In this document: positions 40,743-51,562 of the stretch, piece after piece
How positions within the stretch are numbered: the stretch's first letter is position 1
How the letters are laid out: each line of letters starts with the position of its first letter
DNA from: Marsupella aquatica
Taxonomy: Eukaryota; Plantae; Marchantiophyta
Reading direction: 5' to 3'
Assembly: GCA_973895155.1 (NCBI GenBank)
Contig: OZ316899.1
Location: forward strand, 15,279,974 to 15,343,973
DNA length: 64,000 nt
Program-made: the position numbers and the translations under genes
The notes under the pieces: generated by a model
The model's database searches: none
What the model saw: the letters and a program-made list of their open reading frames with translations, nothing else
Told to the model about the DNA's origin: nothing

Positions 40743-41029
40743 ACTGTTGCTTTATCATTGAACAACTACAATTGTAGTTTGTCTTTTCTAACGAGCAGAA
40801 GTGTGAGTTCTTAAAGTGTTGTTTTTTTGTATAATACAATACTAGCGTCGGGCGCTAGTATTGTATGACTTTGTTTTGACTTCATATTTCGTTGCAATAT
40901 ATTGGAGTCCATGTGTGAAATCGTCAAGAAATTTCCTCTGATGTTGTACAATGGTGGGACCCACCATAATATTGTCCGCACAATTATTGCATATATGGAC
41001 GCTACATACCCTGAAGAGAAGAAACTAAA

Positions 41030-41190
41030 ATGCATACAAGAAAAAAAAATACTCGTACAAGAAAACAAAAACTCATACAAGAAAACAGAAACTCGTACAA
41101 GTAAATAGATATGCTCATACGAGTAACTTGTTTACTCGTACGAGACAAAATTTTGCTTGTACGAGGCAAAATTGGCTCGTATGAGAATAT
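41030..41190. repeat. Subterminal ~21-bp repeats with CTCGTACGAG-type core
   Basis: CTCGTACAAG, CTCATACAAG, CTCATACGAG, CTCGTACGAG, CTTGTACGAG, CTCGTATGAG. Confidence 0.75.
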
Positions 41191-41234
41191 CTATTTACTA
41201 TTTGCTAGCACGGTGGTTATACCCCAATCTAAGG

Positions 41235-41902
41235 TACCTTTTCAAATACTGCAAAACCTACTTCACTACTTCCCAGTGAAGCTTACTAGGTTTTGCCATA
41301 AATCTGCTCAAAATGCTAATAGTGTGGGCAATGTCAGGTCTAATGCATGTCATCACATACATCAACCTACCCACAACACTATCATAGGGAACCTGTTTCA
41401 TTGCCAGTCTATCACTCTATCATTTGTTGAGAGTTTAAAGTGGAAAGCCAATGGAGTACCAACTGGTTTTGCATTCTCCATCTTGTACTTGGCAAGTACC
41501 TTCTCCAAATACTATCTTTGAGACAACCATAATTGCCTTTGCCCCTGTCATGATAAATCTCCATCCCTAGAATCTTTTTGGCCCGACCCAAGTCCTGCAT
41601 TGAAAACTCCTTACTTAGCATTGCTTTCAGATGGGCAACATCAGACTTACGCTCAGTCAGGATCAACATGTCATCCACGTATAGTGCCAGCACAATGGAA
41701 CCAAAGCGTGAGTACTTTTCCACCTCCTTCATGTAAATACAACAATCATGTTCACTCTGCGTGAACCCTTGAGACAACATGAAGGAATCAAAACACTTAT
41801 TTCGCTGTCTGGGACTCTACTTCAAACCGTATAACGAGCGCAAGAGCTGACACATCAAGTATCTGGGCTTCTTGTCAATAAAACTTGGAGGCTGAGACAT
41901 AT
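41235..41902 (-). mobile_element. Ty1/copia reverse transcriptase fragment (continuation of 28819-30060)
   Basis: LYVDDMLI, FSMQDLG..KKILGMEI, SLYGLK. Confidence 0.9.
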
Positions 41903-44900
41903 TGTGACGCCAATGACATGGGCCTTATTCAATAATACAATGGAATTGGTATGTTGTATGCAATAAGTAATTGTGAGACTGCATCGCGATGAGCAAGATG
42001 GCAAGAATAAGGGATATCATGGCATTTAGAGCAGGACTAGGGTAGGTTAGCCAAAAGAGCACACAGTCGAGGCAGACATAACGGAGATAGTCATTGTCAA
42101 GGCCACAAATAAGCATTTGGGGAAAGAGAGGATTCACATCCTCTACCATACTATCATGCTGATGAGCACAATGGAGCACGAAGGCTCTCCAAGATGCAAG
42201 GGCAAGGGTAGATGTGGTAATTTGGGGAAACAAGTCTCCGCAATTAAGAAAATGACTATGTGGTATGGTGGTTGTTCTCATGATAAAATCTGAATGTCTT
42301 GGGTGTGTATCTTCATTTTGTTGCTTAGGTTAGTGATTCATAGTCTAGTTTTAGTGTGTGAGGGAAATAAAAAGCTATGTTATGGGTGGTCGGCAATCAT
42401 ATCTCTTTCAATACATCACCAAATATGGATATGTAAAGAGCATTGGAAAGATCTAGTCAAGGCAAGTATTATAGATATAAAACACTCTCAAAACCAAGGT
42501 GTATTAAGAAAGATACGGCCTGATTAGTGTGATGGGTTGACTTGTGGCCGGAATGAACGGGTTCGGTTTAGGTTTCGGGTTAACCTAAGCTTGGCCACTG
42601 CTTAGCTTAGTTGAACTTAGCCACGGCTTAGCTCAGGTCAGCACAACTTCAACTTAGGCTTAACCCGGGTTTGGGTTAGAGTGAGCCCGGGTTAGACTGA
42701 ACTCGGGTTAGCCTAAACTCGGGCTTGAGTTAGCATAGGTAATGTGGAATGGCTTGATATAGGTTTATGTAAGAAACTTGTCATTTTTTTTGCTTTTTGA
42801 TCAAGGAATAGTAAGAAAGATGTTTTAGTGTTAGCAAAGTATTTAGGGTTTGCAACCCTAAGTAACTAGGGAAGGCTAGTAGGAAATAATGTAAGGGAGA
42901 AGATATGTTGTTCTAAGAAAGTGTCAAGGGATAAGTGAGGTCTTTATGGTAGGGCAGCAAATGTTCCATCCTTAGTTAGAATAGATGACTAAATTGGCCG
43001 GAAAATGACCCGACATTTGAAGTCTTAGTTTTGGTTAAATATTTTTCCATAGGTGCTAGGAGGTCCTTAGGGCACCCTTGTGAAGTATGACGTCAAGTGG
43101 GGTCTCAACCTAGGGTTTCCTTGTGTTTTGGTGGGATTTAAATTAACAAAATAACGGGTCTTGGGAAAAATAGTTGTCACGTCGTCAGCCTAGGCCTTAA
43201 CCCAGGCTTTGGCTTAGACAGACACATCCTTTGTGAATATGAGGGTTCGAGCAGGGAGGGACGCACATAATGCTCCTAATTCACATAAACTAGCGCTAAG
43301 TGCGCTTATTGTTATGTACAAACACCTCCTAGGTATAGTTTGTGTTCCGCCGCCGGAACGTACCTTAGTCGACACAGGGTCGACCCCGGCTCACGGACTT
43401 CTAAGCCTTTGTGTTACCAACTTTGATCCGGATTTGTTAGTATAAGAGCTCAACCCGGGCTTGCAACCCCGTACCCGTATCCTGCACCCCGTGCACGGTT
43501 GGCATAACGTGTTCGGCCCGGCATTGATACTTGCACACGAGACTCATACATGCATACATACATAACAAAAATCTTGATTTACACGAAGGAATTTAAGGAG
43601 AAATGATTTCATTCATTTATGATAATACACTTTAGGATTGGTTGACCCGACACCTCTTGAACGACCAGGCCCAAGGCCGAGGAGTATACACTACAATGGA
43701 GCCCGGCTCCACACTTGCCCAACGAGCTTAGTCGTATACCCTCCCCTTGGTACTCCGGTACTTCACCAAGTTTGGGACTCCCCGTGCGTACTACGAATGG
43801 CCAACTTTTAAGTCTAAAATCCCCCTCCCAACCTCTACTAGGGGGGGTGACTAAATACTAAGGGCTGAGGACCGGCCTGGCCTCGTGCCCGAATCTACGC
43901 TAACTTATATCCTTACTAAGCTGGTGCTTGCTTGTCCTATTAGTCTAACCTATTCTACACAGGCTGGCCAATGTGTCAGCGCCGCTATCTTCTGGCCGAC
44001 ACTTGTCCTACCAGCCTGTTTTAGCTACTCCTAAGTCTATTCTAAGCCTAACCCTCCGCTAATGTCTGGTGCGCTTGCCAGAGCCATCCGAGTGGGAGCG
44101 GCCATCCCGCTGCCTATGGAGTCTGTTGTTGTCTACCTTGAGGAGCTGGACTTGGTCCAACAGAGATTCATTTTCTTGCTTTGCCGCGTCCGTCTCCTCA
44201 GTTGCCTCTTGGCATGCCTCTTCCAATTGCTGGGCGTTGCTCGTCAGCTTGTCCACCAACTGGGTCTGTTTCTCGGCTTCGGCTTGAAGCCGTGCCACTT
44301 CGGCCTGCAGGGTGGCAATCTCCGCAGTGTCACGCTGGGCCCGCTCTTCGGCCTCCTCTAGGTCTTTTTGCCAGATGACAGTTTGGTTCTTCAAACTGTC
44401 AACCTGGGTCCGGAGCCGTGCAATCTCGGCCTCCTTCCCGGCTTTGGCCTGTTTGGCCAAGGCGGTAAGGGCATGTGCATTTGCTAACAACTCATTGGCG
44501 GCTGCAACCTTGGGTCGTAGTTGTAGAAGCTCAGCCTCTTGAGCTACAACTTCATCCTTTAGGTACACGGATTCAACCCGATACCGCTCTATCCGCTGAA
44601 GGGCCTCCGACTGAGCCCAACCTGCTTTTACTGTGGTAACCAACTCCTGATTGAAGAAGTAGGCTACCTTTTGAGCCATGAACTCCTCGGTATCCCAGGC
44701 TATCTATTGGGAGAAATCTCCCAAAAGCCCATTTAGAAATGTACCCGGTACGAAGAGTTCGGGGTGGTCCAGGTTATGCCCGTCTGGAGTTGGGCACGGG
44801 CAGACGTTAACTCGCGTGGGAGCCGGGGTAGTGACATCCAACCCTAGGGATGTAGTGTTGGAAGGGGCTGGAGTGTCCTCCTCCACCATTGGGCCGTCCT

Positions 44901-47900
44901 CTGGGATAGCCACTGGTGGGTCTTCTGGACCTTTGGGCTCGGGCAAGGCCTCCACCGCCCCGACTTCTGCACCAGGCCCGGCCTGGTTGAGCGGCTAAGG
45001 TTGCAATCACTGCCTCTTCTGGTACTTCTTCAGCCACGGCTACCGCTACCTATGGAGGTTGGATGGGTGGGCCTGCGTCACCGCCGGACTTTGGGCCTCG
45101 GGTTGAGGCCGTCTCTCCAAGGCCGGAAAGATCCACTTAGTCGGGACCAATTTAGTTACGTTGACCCGGGGAAGGGTTCGTCGATCAAACCGGGTGTACC
45201 ACTCAAGAATGATCTCGATGTGGCTCACAAAATACGCCTTCCTGCCAATGTATAGCGACTTCCTTTGCCGCTCCATCTCTTCATGGAACTTCTTAGCAAA
45301 GTACAAAGCCAACTTCCTAGGTCAATAGTTCTCGACCTGGATAACCTGGGCAGCGGAGATCTCGCCCCAGGGTTCCATCATGTGGAGGGCGTACCTTTGG
45401 AACTCCAGCCGCTCAGCTATCTCGGGGATGAGGCAGGTCCTCATCACAAACCCGTTGTCCACTGACCCCTCGGAGGGAAAACTCAAGGATTGGTACTTGG
45501 CTCCCTTGTCTGTGGGAGCCCGTGATTTGACTCGGTGATCGCCCTCGGGTAGCCCAAAGATAATCCTGAGTTGTTCCTCTGTGAGGGACATATTCCTCCC
45601 CCACAGCCGAGTATGTTGACGGACGTCGTCATAATTCTTGACGAACTCCGTCATGTCCTCCCCGTAGTATCTGCAGATGTTCTAGGGGAGAGAGGCGAGG
45701 TGCTCAAACCCCTGAGTCTTCAAGTACACCGCATGTTTGGGGTGGAGGATGTTCTTATGCACGTTTTCCCCCATGCGGTGCATTGTTACCTTGGCCGCGG
45801 CTACCGTGGCCATGGGTAACCCGGATATAGCTGCGGGTTCCTTCCTCTTCTTTCCCCGAGACTGGCTCAGGGAGGGTGACTCCTCCCCATCCTCTCGATC
45901 GGGTGTAGGTAGTGCCACCGCCGTTAGTATGGGGGCCGGGGCGGCTACAGTCACCGTGTTGTCTGCTGGAGCCGCTACTCTGGTCCGGGCCTGGGGAAGG
46001 GGCGATGTAGTGCCGGATCCTTGGGTACTTACTCCTCTAGGCCGCCTGAGCAGGGGTAAGGTAGCCTCTTTGTTATTGCTGAGGTCCACAGCGTTGATGA
46101 CGGATCTCACCTATAGGGCCGGGGCAACTGGTGGCAGGGGTTGGCTAAGCTGAGGCGGAGCCTGAGCCTAAGCTGGTGCTGGTGCTGGTGCGGGCACGGT
46201 TGGGCTGGCACCGATGGTCGATGGTGTGGTTGCCATGAAATTCTGTAGGTGTCGGTAGAGGTTTTCTGACGCAAGTGTAGACGCCCTTGTAGATCGGGTA
46301 GCGCTGGACTTGCTGTTGATGATGTCCCGGACCCAAGCAGGGATGTGGGCAAAGTGGTGCTAGTGTAAGTTGATCATGCCCGGGATATTGAAGACCTCGT
46401 CCGGGAGCCAAAGCAATGCCTCCCAGAAGCCGATATATTTGCCTCCGTCGAAGAAGTATCCTGATATTTCTTCGGGTCGGTAAAGCTCGCTCTGGGACGG
46501 GTAATCAAAGTTAAGGAGATAGTGATGACGGCCTGCTAGGCGGATGGCTCTCTCGTACTCGCATTCGATCTCGTATCAGCGCAGGTTGGCGTGTTTCAAC
46601 GAGTCGGCCAAGTGCCCTCCGATAGATAGGAACTACGTCCAAAATTGTATGGCCAAACTGGAAAGGATCGTGTGCGACATTCAGAGGAGATGGAAGGCGA
46701 CTAAGAATAAGCAAGAGAACTAGGGTCGAAGCTGGCGCGTGGGTTGAAGAACTAGTGCACTACAAAAGATTGGCCCCCTTTTTATACCCTGAGAGCTTGT
46801 CGATCGCTCGTCGCCTCCTTGTTGCTTATAGACCGAGCCTTTCACGCTTGGAGTGTACCGGCCACTCCGCCAGTCCGGGTCAGTGCGTGTCAGTGGCTGC
46901 CTCCCAAAATTTGTTATACGGACCTGAGGGGAAAGAGTGGAGGGCCCATTACACGCTCGCAACCCGGGTGTGCGAATGAAGACCCGCCGCCAACCCGAAC
47001 ACAAACGCCCCTTATTGACTAATGATTTCCTACTCATAATGGATACCTAAATACTGTCGTTATGCTAATAATTACGGCCTAAGATACCCCCAACGCGCGT
47101 GTTAGGCCAAATCACTCATTACCCACCGTACCGGCGGCGTCACAATAGTTGATGGGGAAATGTAGGGGTTCCAAGTTGGAAAGTAGGTTAAATATGGTCC
47201 ACTCTATCCCTGGAAACTTGTGGGAGAACTTGGTTACCTTTGGTTATTTTGGGGGAGCATCTCAAAGTTGAAAAGAATTTTGGAAAATATATTAACCCTC
47301 TTTACCTAATTTTATAAAATCTTTTATAAGGTTTTGTGTTGATATTAGTAAATCAGAACATATTTTTATGTTTATAGAATCTGTGAATCTACTCAAAAGT
47401 CATTTTGGACTCGTGTGATTTGTGGGGGCAATCCAAAATGGCCTGGAAATCCTATTTTTTCCAACAAAAAAATCCAATTTTTTTTCCAAGTGTCAACCGC
47501 GTTGGCGGCGACCACGACTTAAGCACGAGGCCTGGGAGACTCAAGCACAAGGTTAGGAACACCACAAGGGTCAATGCATGAGATGCTTGCTTTGAATTGG
47601 GATCAAGAGGCAGCTACGAAATTGAATTGAGCCGCTATAGCTTTAGGCATGGGATGCTGATCAGAATTGGCTGGCTGCCTCGATGCTGCTGATTGGAATA
47701 GAGCTGCTTGCTATGGAGAAATAGGCTGCTGCTGATCAAGAGATGGTTTGCTGGCTGTGAGCTATGGTGGGCTACAAAATTGAAGGGCTGGCAACTGATC
47801 AGATTGACTGCTGCACCAGAATTACAAGGGCTAGCTTCAAGCACGAGATGTTGAGTGCTGGCTTATTAGTAAGCATGTTGCAAGCTCAATAGTGTTGTTG

Positions 47901-50900
47901 CTTTGCTAGCTACAAAGTTGAGAAGGGTGAGCTATGGCTGGCTGCTGGAGAATAGAGCTAGGCTGCTAGCAAATTGATTGAATGTAGTAGCGAAAGGACC
48001 AACTGCAAGGAAGAAATTAAGAGGGCTAGCTGCAAAATGGTGGGCTATGGCTGCTGCAAAATTCTGCTACAATTTTTAATCACCTGCAAGGCTGGATGGC
48101 TATGGAGGTGGACTAAGAGGGCTGCTGCAAACCTGATTGAGCTGTCGATTGACCTGCTGCCATTCGAATCCAACAGAGAATGCTACCGTTTCAGATTGAA
48201 TTCAAGAGAGAGGAAAATGGCTGCGCAAATTGATGTCCTTATCAAATTCTTCATAAGAAACGTGAGTATAATGAGATTACCCCTCCCCTCACGACATGTG
48301 GAATCTCCATAAGGGGCATGTAAATAAGTGTAATTGCGATGCGGTTTACACCTATTTTACACCCAAATGAAAACGGGCATAACTTTGGCTAGGGGTATCC
48401 GTTGGGGCCCAAATTTATTTGTGCTGAGTAAGGGGAAGGTAAAACACCCCTTGGTAAAGTAGAAAACCCAGAAAAGAACCACCCAACTATATTTTTAGCC
48501 AAGGCCATGAGGGGGTCCCGTTAGCTTGCAAATCAGAGCTAACATAGGCGAACGAACCAGATTTGAAGACTGACCTTTCTCGCACCCATACACCTTTAGT
48601 TAGGCTCTAGGGAAGGGTACTTACCTTTGGTCAAAGGTGTAGGGCCGTCAAGTTAAGAGAATTAAGTATAGAGGGTAATTTACTTAGGGTAGTAAAAAGG
48701 TTACAAGTAAAATAAGGCCAACTTTGACTAGGCATAACTTGAGACTCACTCACTCTTTTTGAAAGTTTTCAAGTGGGTTAGAAATCTGGTGAGGAGGACC
48801 ATAAGTGGGAGCAGGTTTGGAGGTCAAATCATGCAACTCATGTGTGGCATATTCCAGGGCTTGAAAGGAGGCAAAATAGCAAGTAGTAGGGTGGGCTATG
48901 AACTATAGAGTTGGACTTTGTGTGTTAGGAGGACTTGGGGGAGGTATAGTTAGACCCCAGGTCAAGCTTGGTGTAGTGTGGAAGGAGAATAGTATAAAAG
49001 GAGGAAGTTTTCCTTTGTTAGGGACCGAGAGTCTCATCTCTTAAGTGGAATCTCTACCTTGCCAAGGTAGGGCTAAGCTTGAGAAGGGAGAGGTGGTCCA
49101 TGCTTAGTGTGGAGAATGTGTAGTGAACTTTTGTTGTAAGGATTAAGTATGCAATGAAAGGAGTCTTCCCAATCTTCATTGTGACCATTAAGTGTGAGAG
49201 ATTTTGAAGTAGTCGTGGAACTCGACTACCTTAACACTTAGCTCTGGCATCGCTGACTCCGATGCTGAGCTCCCTTATGGTCTAGGAAATAAGACGTGGC
49301 ACTAGCGAAGGCAAGGAGCCAAGTTGGTGATGCACACTAAGGACTTAGGCAAGCTGAGAGCTGGTCGGGTCAAGGGGAAAGAGGCCAGACTCAAGGTCGA
49401 CCGTTCGGGTCCCCGGACGGACTTTGAGTTATGAGGGCTTGAGTGTGAGCCCCTCTTGGGCCCAAGGCCAATGGAGTTGAAGCCATGGGCAACAGATGCT
49501 GGGGGTGCGAGTTATGGCCCGATCGGGGACCCCAATCAGCGATGAGACCTGAGGGCCTAGGCATGAGCACTGGGTCGGCCCAATCACAACGGGTTAAGGC
49601 ACTTTGCTTGCGGACGTCTAACAAGAAAGTTATGGGCATTGTCAATTGGTGGCGTGCCCGCTATGCGCGATAGGATTTGGGTTGGAGGCCAAATGTTTAG
49701 GGACCAAAGTTGGTCCTGGGGTGTCAGGTCTCCAAAAGCATATATGAGGGGAGTGGTGTCTCCCTGGGGGTCAAAGGCGAGCCAAAGTTGTGAGCCGCGG
49801 CGGTCATGACACTAAGGAAAAGCGCCAAAAGGAAACGACAATGTATTCCAACGGGAAGTCCATTGGAGGACTTCTTGGGTGCGTTGGAAATCTCCCAAGG
49901 AGGGCTACATCCTCCTGAGCTCAGCATGGGCATCATGGGTTCTTGAGGTTTGCAGGTGTTAGCTCGCCCGCTTGCCAAATCCTGTCGAACGGCAACCAAA
50001 CCGCATTCAGTCTCCCAAGGGAGCTTGCCTTGGGGAGGCAAGGCCAAGTAGGCGTGGAGGTTGAGTTCCAAAGGTGCTTGGCCCCTAGACCATCAATGGG
50101 GCAAACCAGGAGTTGGTTGCTAGAGTCGGGGCCATTATGGTCCCGATGTGTTGGGACAAGCTTTAGGACAAGCTACACTATTTGGGCCATGAGCATGTCC
50201 TAGGGTCAGGGTGGTCAGTTGGTGATGGAAGAGGGAACCCGGGCCGTTCCCAAGGAAGGAGCTATTCTGGACAAACAATGGGCATGGGTTCTGGTTCTGG
50301 CTTATGGCATCGGGAGGACCTATTGCTAACCTATTTACCAACGTCTGTTGAGCTTGAGTTAGGATGCTAGACTTGGCAAGTTCTAAATCCTGGAGGGTTA
50401 CTTACCGAGATGTTTGATTGCTTGTGCAGACAGTGAGGACTGTTGAGTAGTGGTTGTGTTGGAGAGCAAGTGCGGATTTGTATGGGAGGGGCCGCTGGCG
50501 GTGCAAGGGGCACTAGGTTGCTTGCTCAAGGTATTCCATGGAGGTGTTCCGGCACCAGGGGCACTTAGGGGTGAGTGTTGGGATTGGTGAGGGCGTTGGG
50601 TGGCAAGGTCCACCACTGAAGTGTATGAGGGCAAGAGAAGAGTCCATGTTTGGGTGCAATCTTGGTCTAAGCTTGAAGGGGATGTGCTGGTACATAACCA
50701 AGGCCAGGGAGGAAAGGTTAAGGTGAAGCACTACTTTGGGACTTAGAGAGGATTGTACCTTGAGGATAGAAAGTACCTTGCCTTGAGTGAGAACAAGAGG
50801 GAAGAGTCCTTAGAGAAAAGAGTTGTCTCTAAGAGCCCAAAGAGGATGTGTGGGCCCAAACCAAGGCCAGGGGGGCAAGGTTAAAGGGTAGCACTACTTT

Positions 50901-51560
50901 GAGGGTCTAAGGGGGACTTAAGCTTGAAGGGGAAAGTACTTTGGCTTCTTGGGTGTTTGTGTGAGAATCTACTCTAAGGTGACAGCTTGGAGCGGAGATC
51001 CCCCTTGTTGATCCTTGGAGTAGAGGAGAGAGGAAGGGTGTGAGTGCAAAAGTAGTCAAGGGGACTACCTCTCTAGAAGTTGAGAGTTGAAACTACTTAT
51101 GTATGGAGTGATTAGACATTGCAAGCATATCTCAAAAGTTTTGTCAATCCTTTATGCCCCTGGTATGATATGCAACAGGTATTAGGTAGTTTTTTGGAGA
51201 GAAAAGCCACTTAAGCTCCTTGACAAGTGTTTGACATAGAGTCTCACCCTTGTTTTGGCATAGCTGTCGGGGATAACTCTTTGCAATTTTTGTTGTGGGA
51301 GTGGAGCCACAAGACTTGGGGGTGTGTTTTCAGGTTTGTTGTTTAAGAGGGAGATAAGAAGGTGATTGTGAGTGGCATGCCCACTACAAGGAGTCAATCA
51401 CTAAGAGAAGCCTCTCTCAGTTCCGACTTTGGTGACCAGCTGGAGCAACCAGATTGGGTGGACATTCATTTGCAAGCTGAAGTGGAACCCAGTGTAGGGT
51501 GGAGTGATACATCCTCTTCCACTTCCAACACAAGTGAAGAGCAAGAAGCAGCCATGGTAC
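41903..51560. mobile_element. Long non-coding LTR-type repeat starting TGTGACGCC, interrupted by 43175-47144; right end uncertain
   Basis: Abrupt junction with copia RT at TGTGACGCC. Contains a homologue of 21805-23290. No long ORFs. Confidence 0.45.
43175..47144 (-). mobile_element. 3.97-kb solo-LTR-like unit containing a decayed ORF (~46350-44059)
   Basis: Ends TGTCACG...CGTCACA; 5-bp TSD ATAGT at 43170-43174 and 47145-47149. No terminal direct repeats or gag/pol. TATAAAAAG on the minus strand at ~46786. Confidence 0.8.
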
Positions 51561-51562
51561 TG

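Larger units (their letters stand above)
30061..41224. mobile_element. Complete Mutator-like element 2 (~11.2 kb), inverted relative to element 1, inserted in copia pol
   Basis: TSD CAATCTAAGG at 30051-30060 and 41225-41234; the empty-site sequence is seen at ~29693. TIRs GGGGGATCTCTCCATGACAGCAAATAG and revcomp GGGTATAACCACCGTGCTAGCAAATAG. Same two-gene layout as element 1. Confidence 0.92.

Noticed and set aside
30219-40857. Palindromes as CRISPR repeats, REP elements or terminators
   Set aside because: Irregular spacing, only 15-18 bp, no cas or TnpA genes, and a eukaryotic intron context.
41903-47144. TGTGACGCC...GGCGTCACA as a single 5.2-kb element
   Set aside because: Flanks CATAT and ATAGT do not match; the ATAGT TSD pairs 47144 with 43175 instead.
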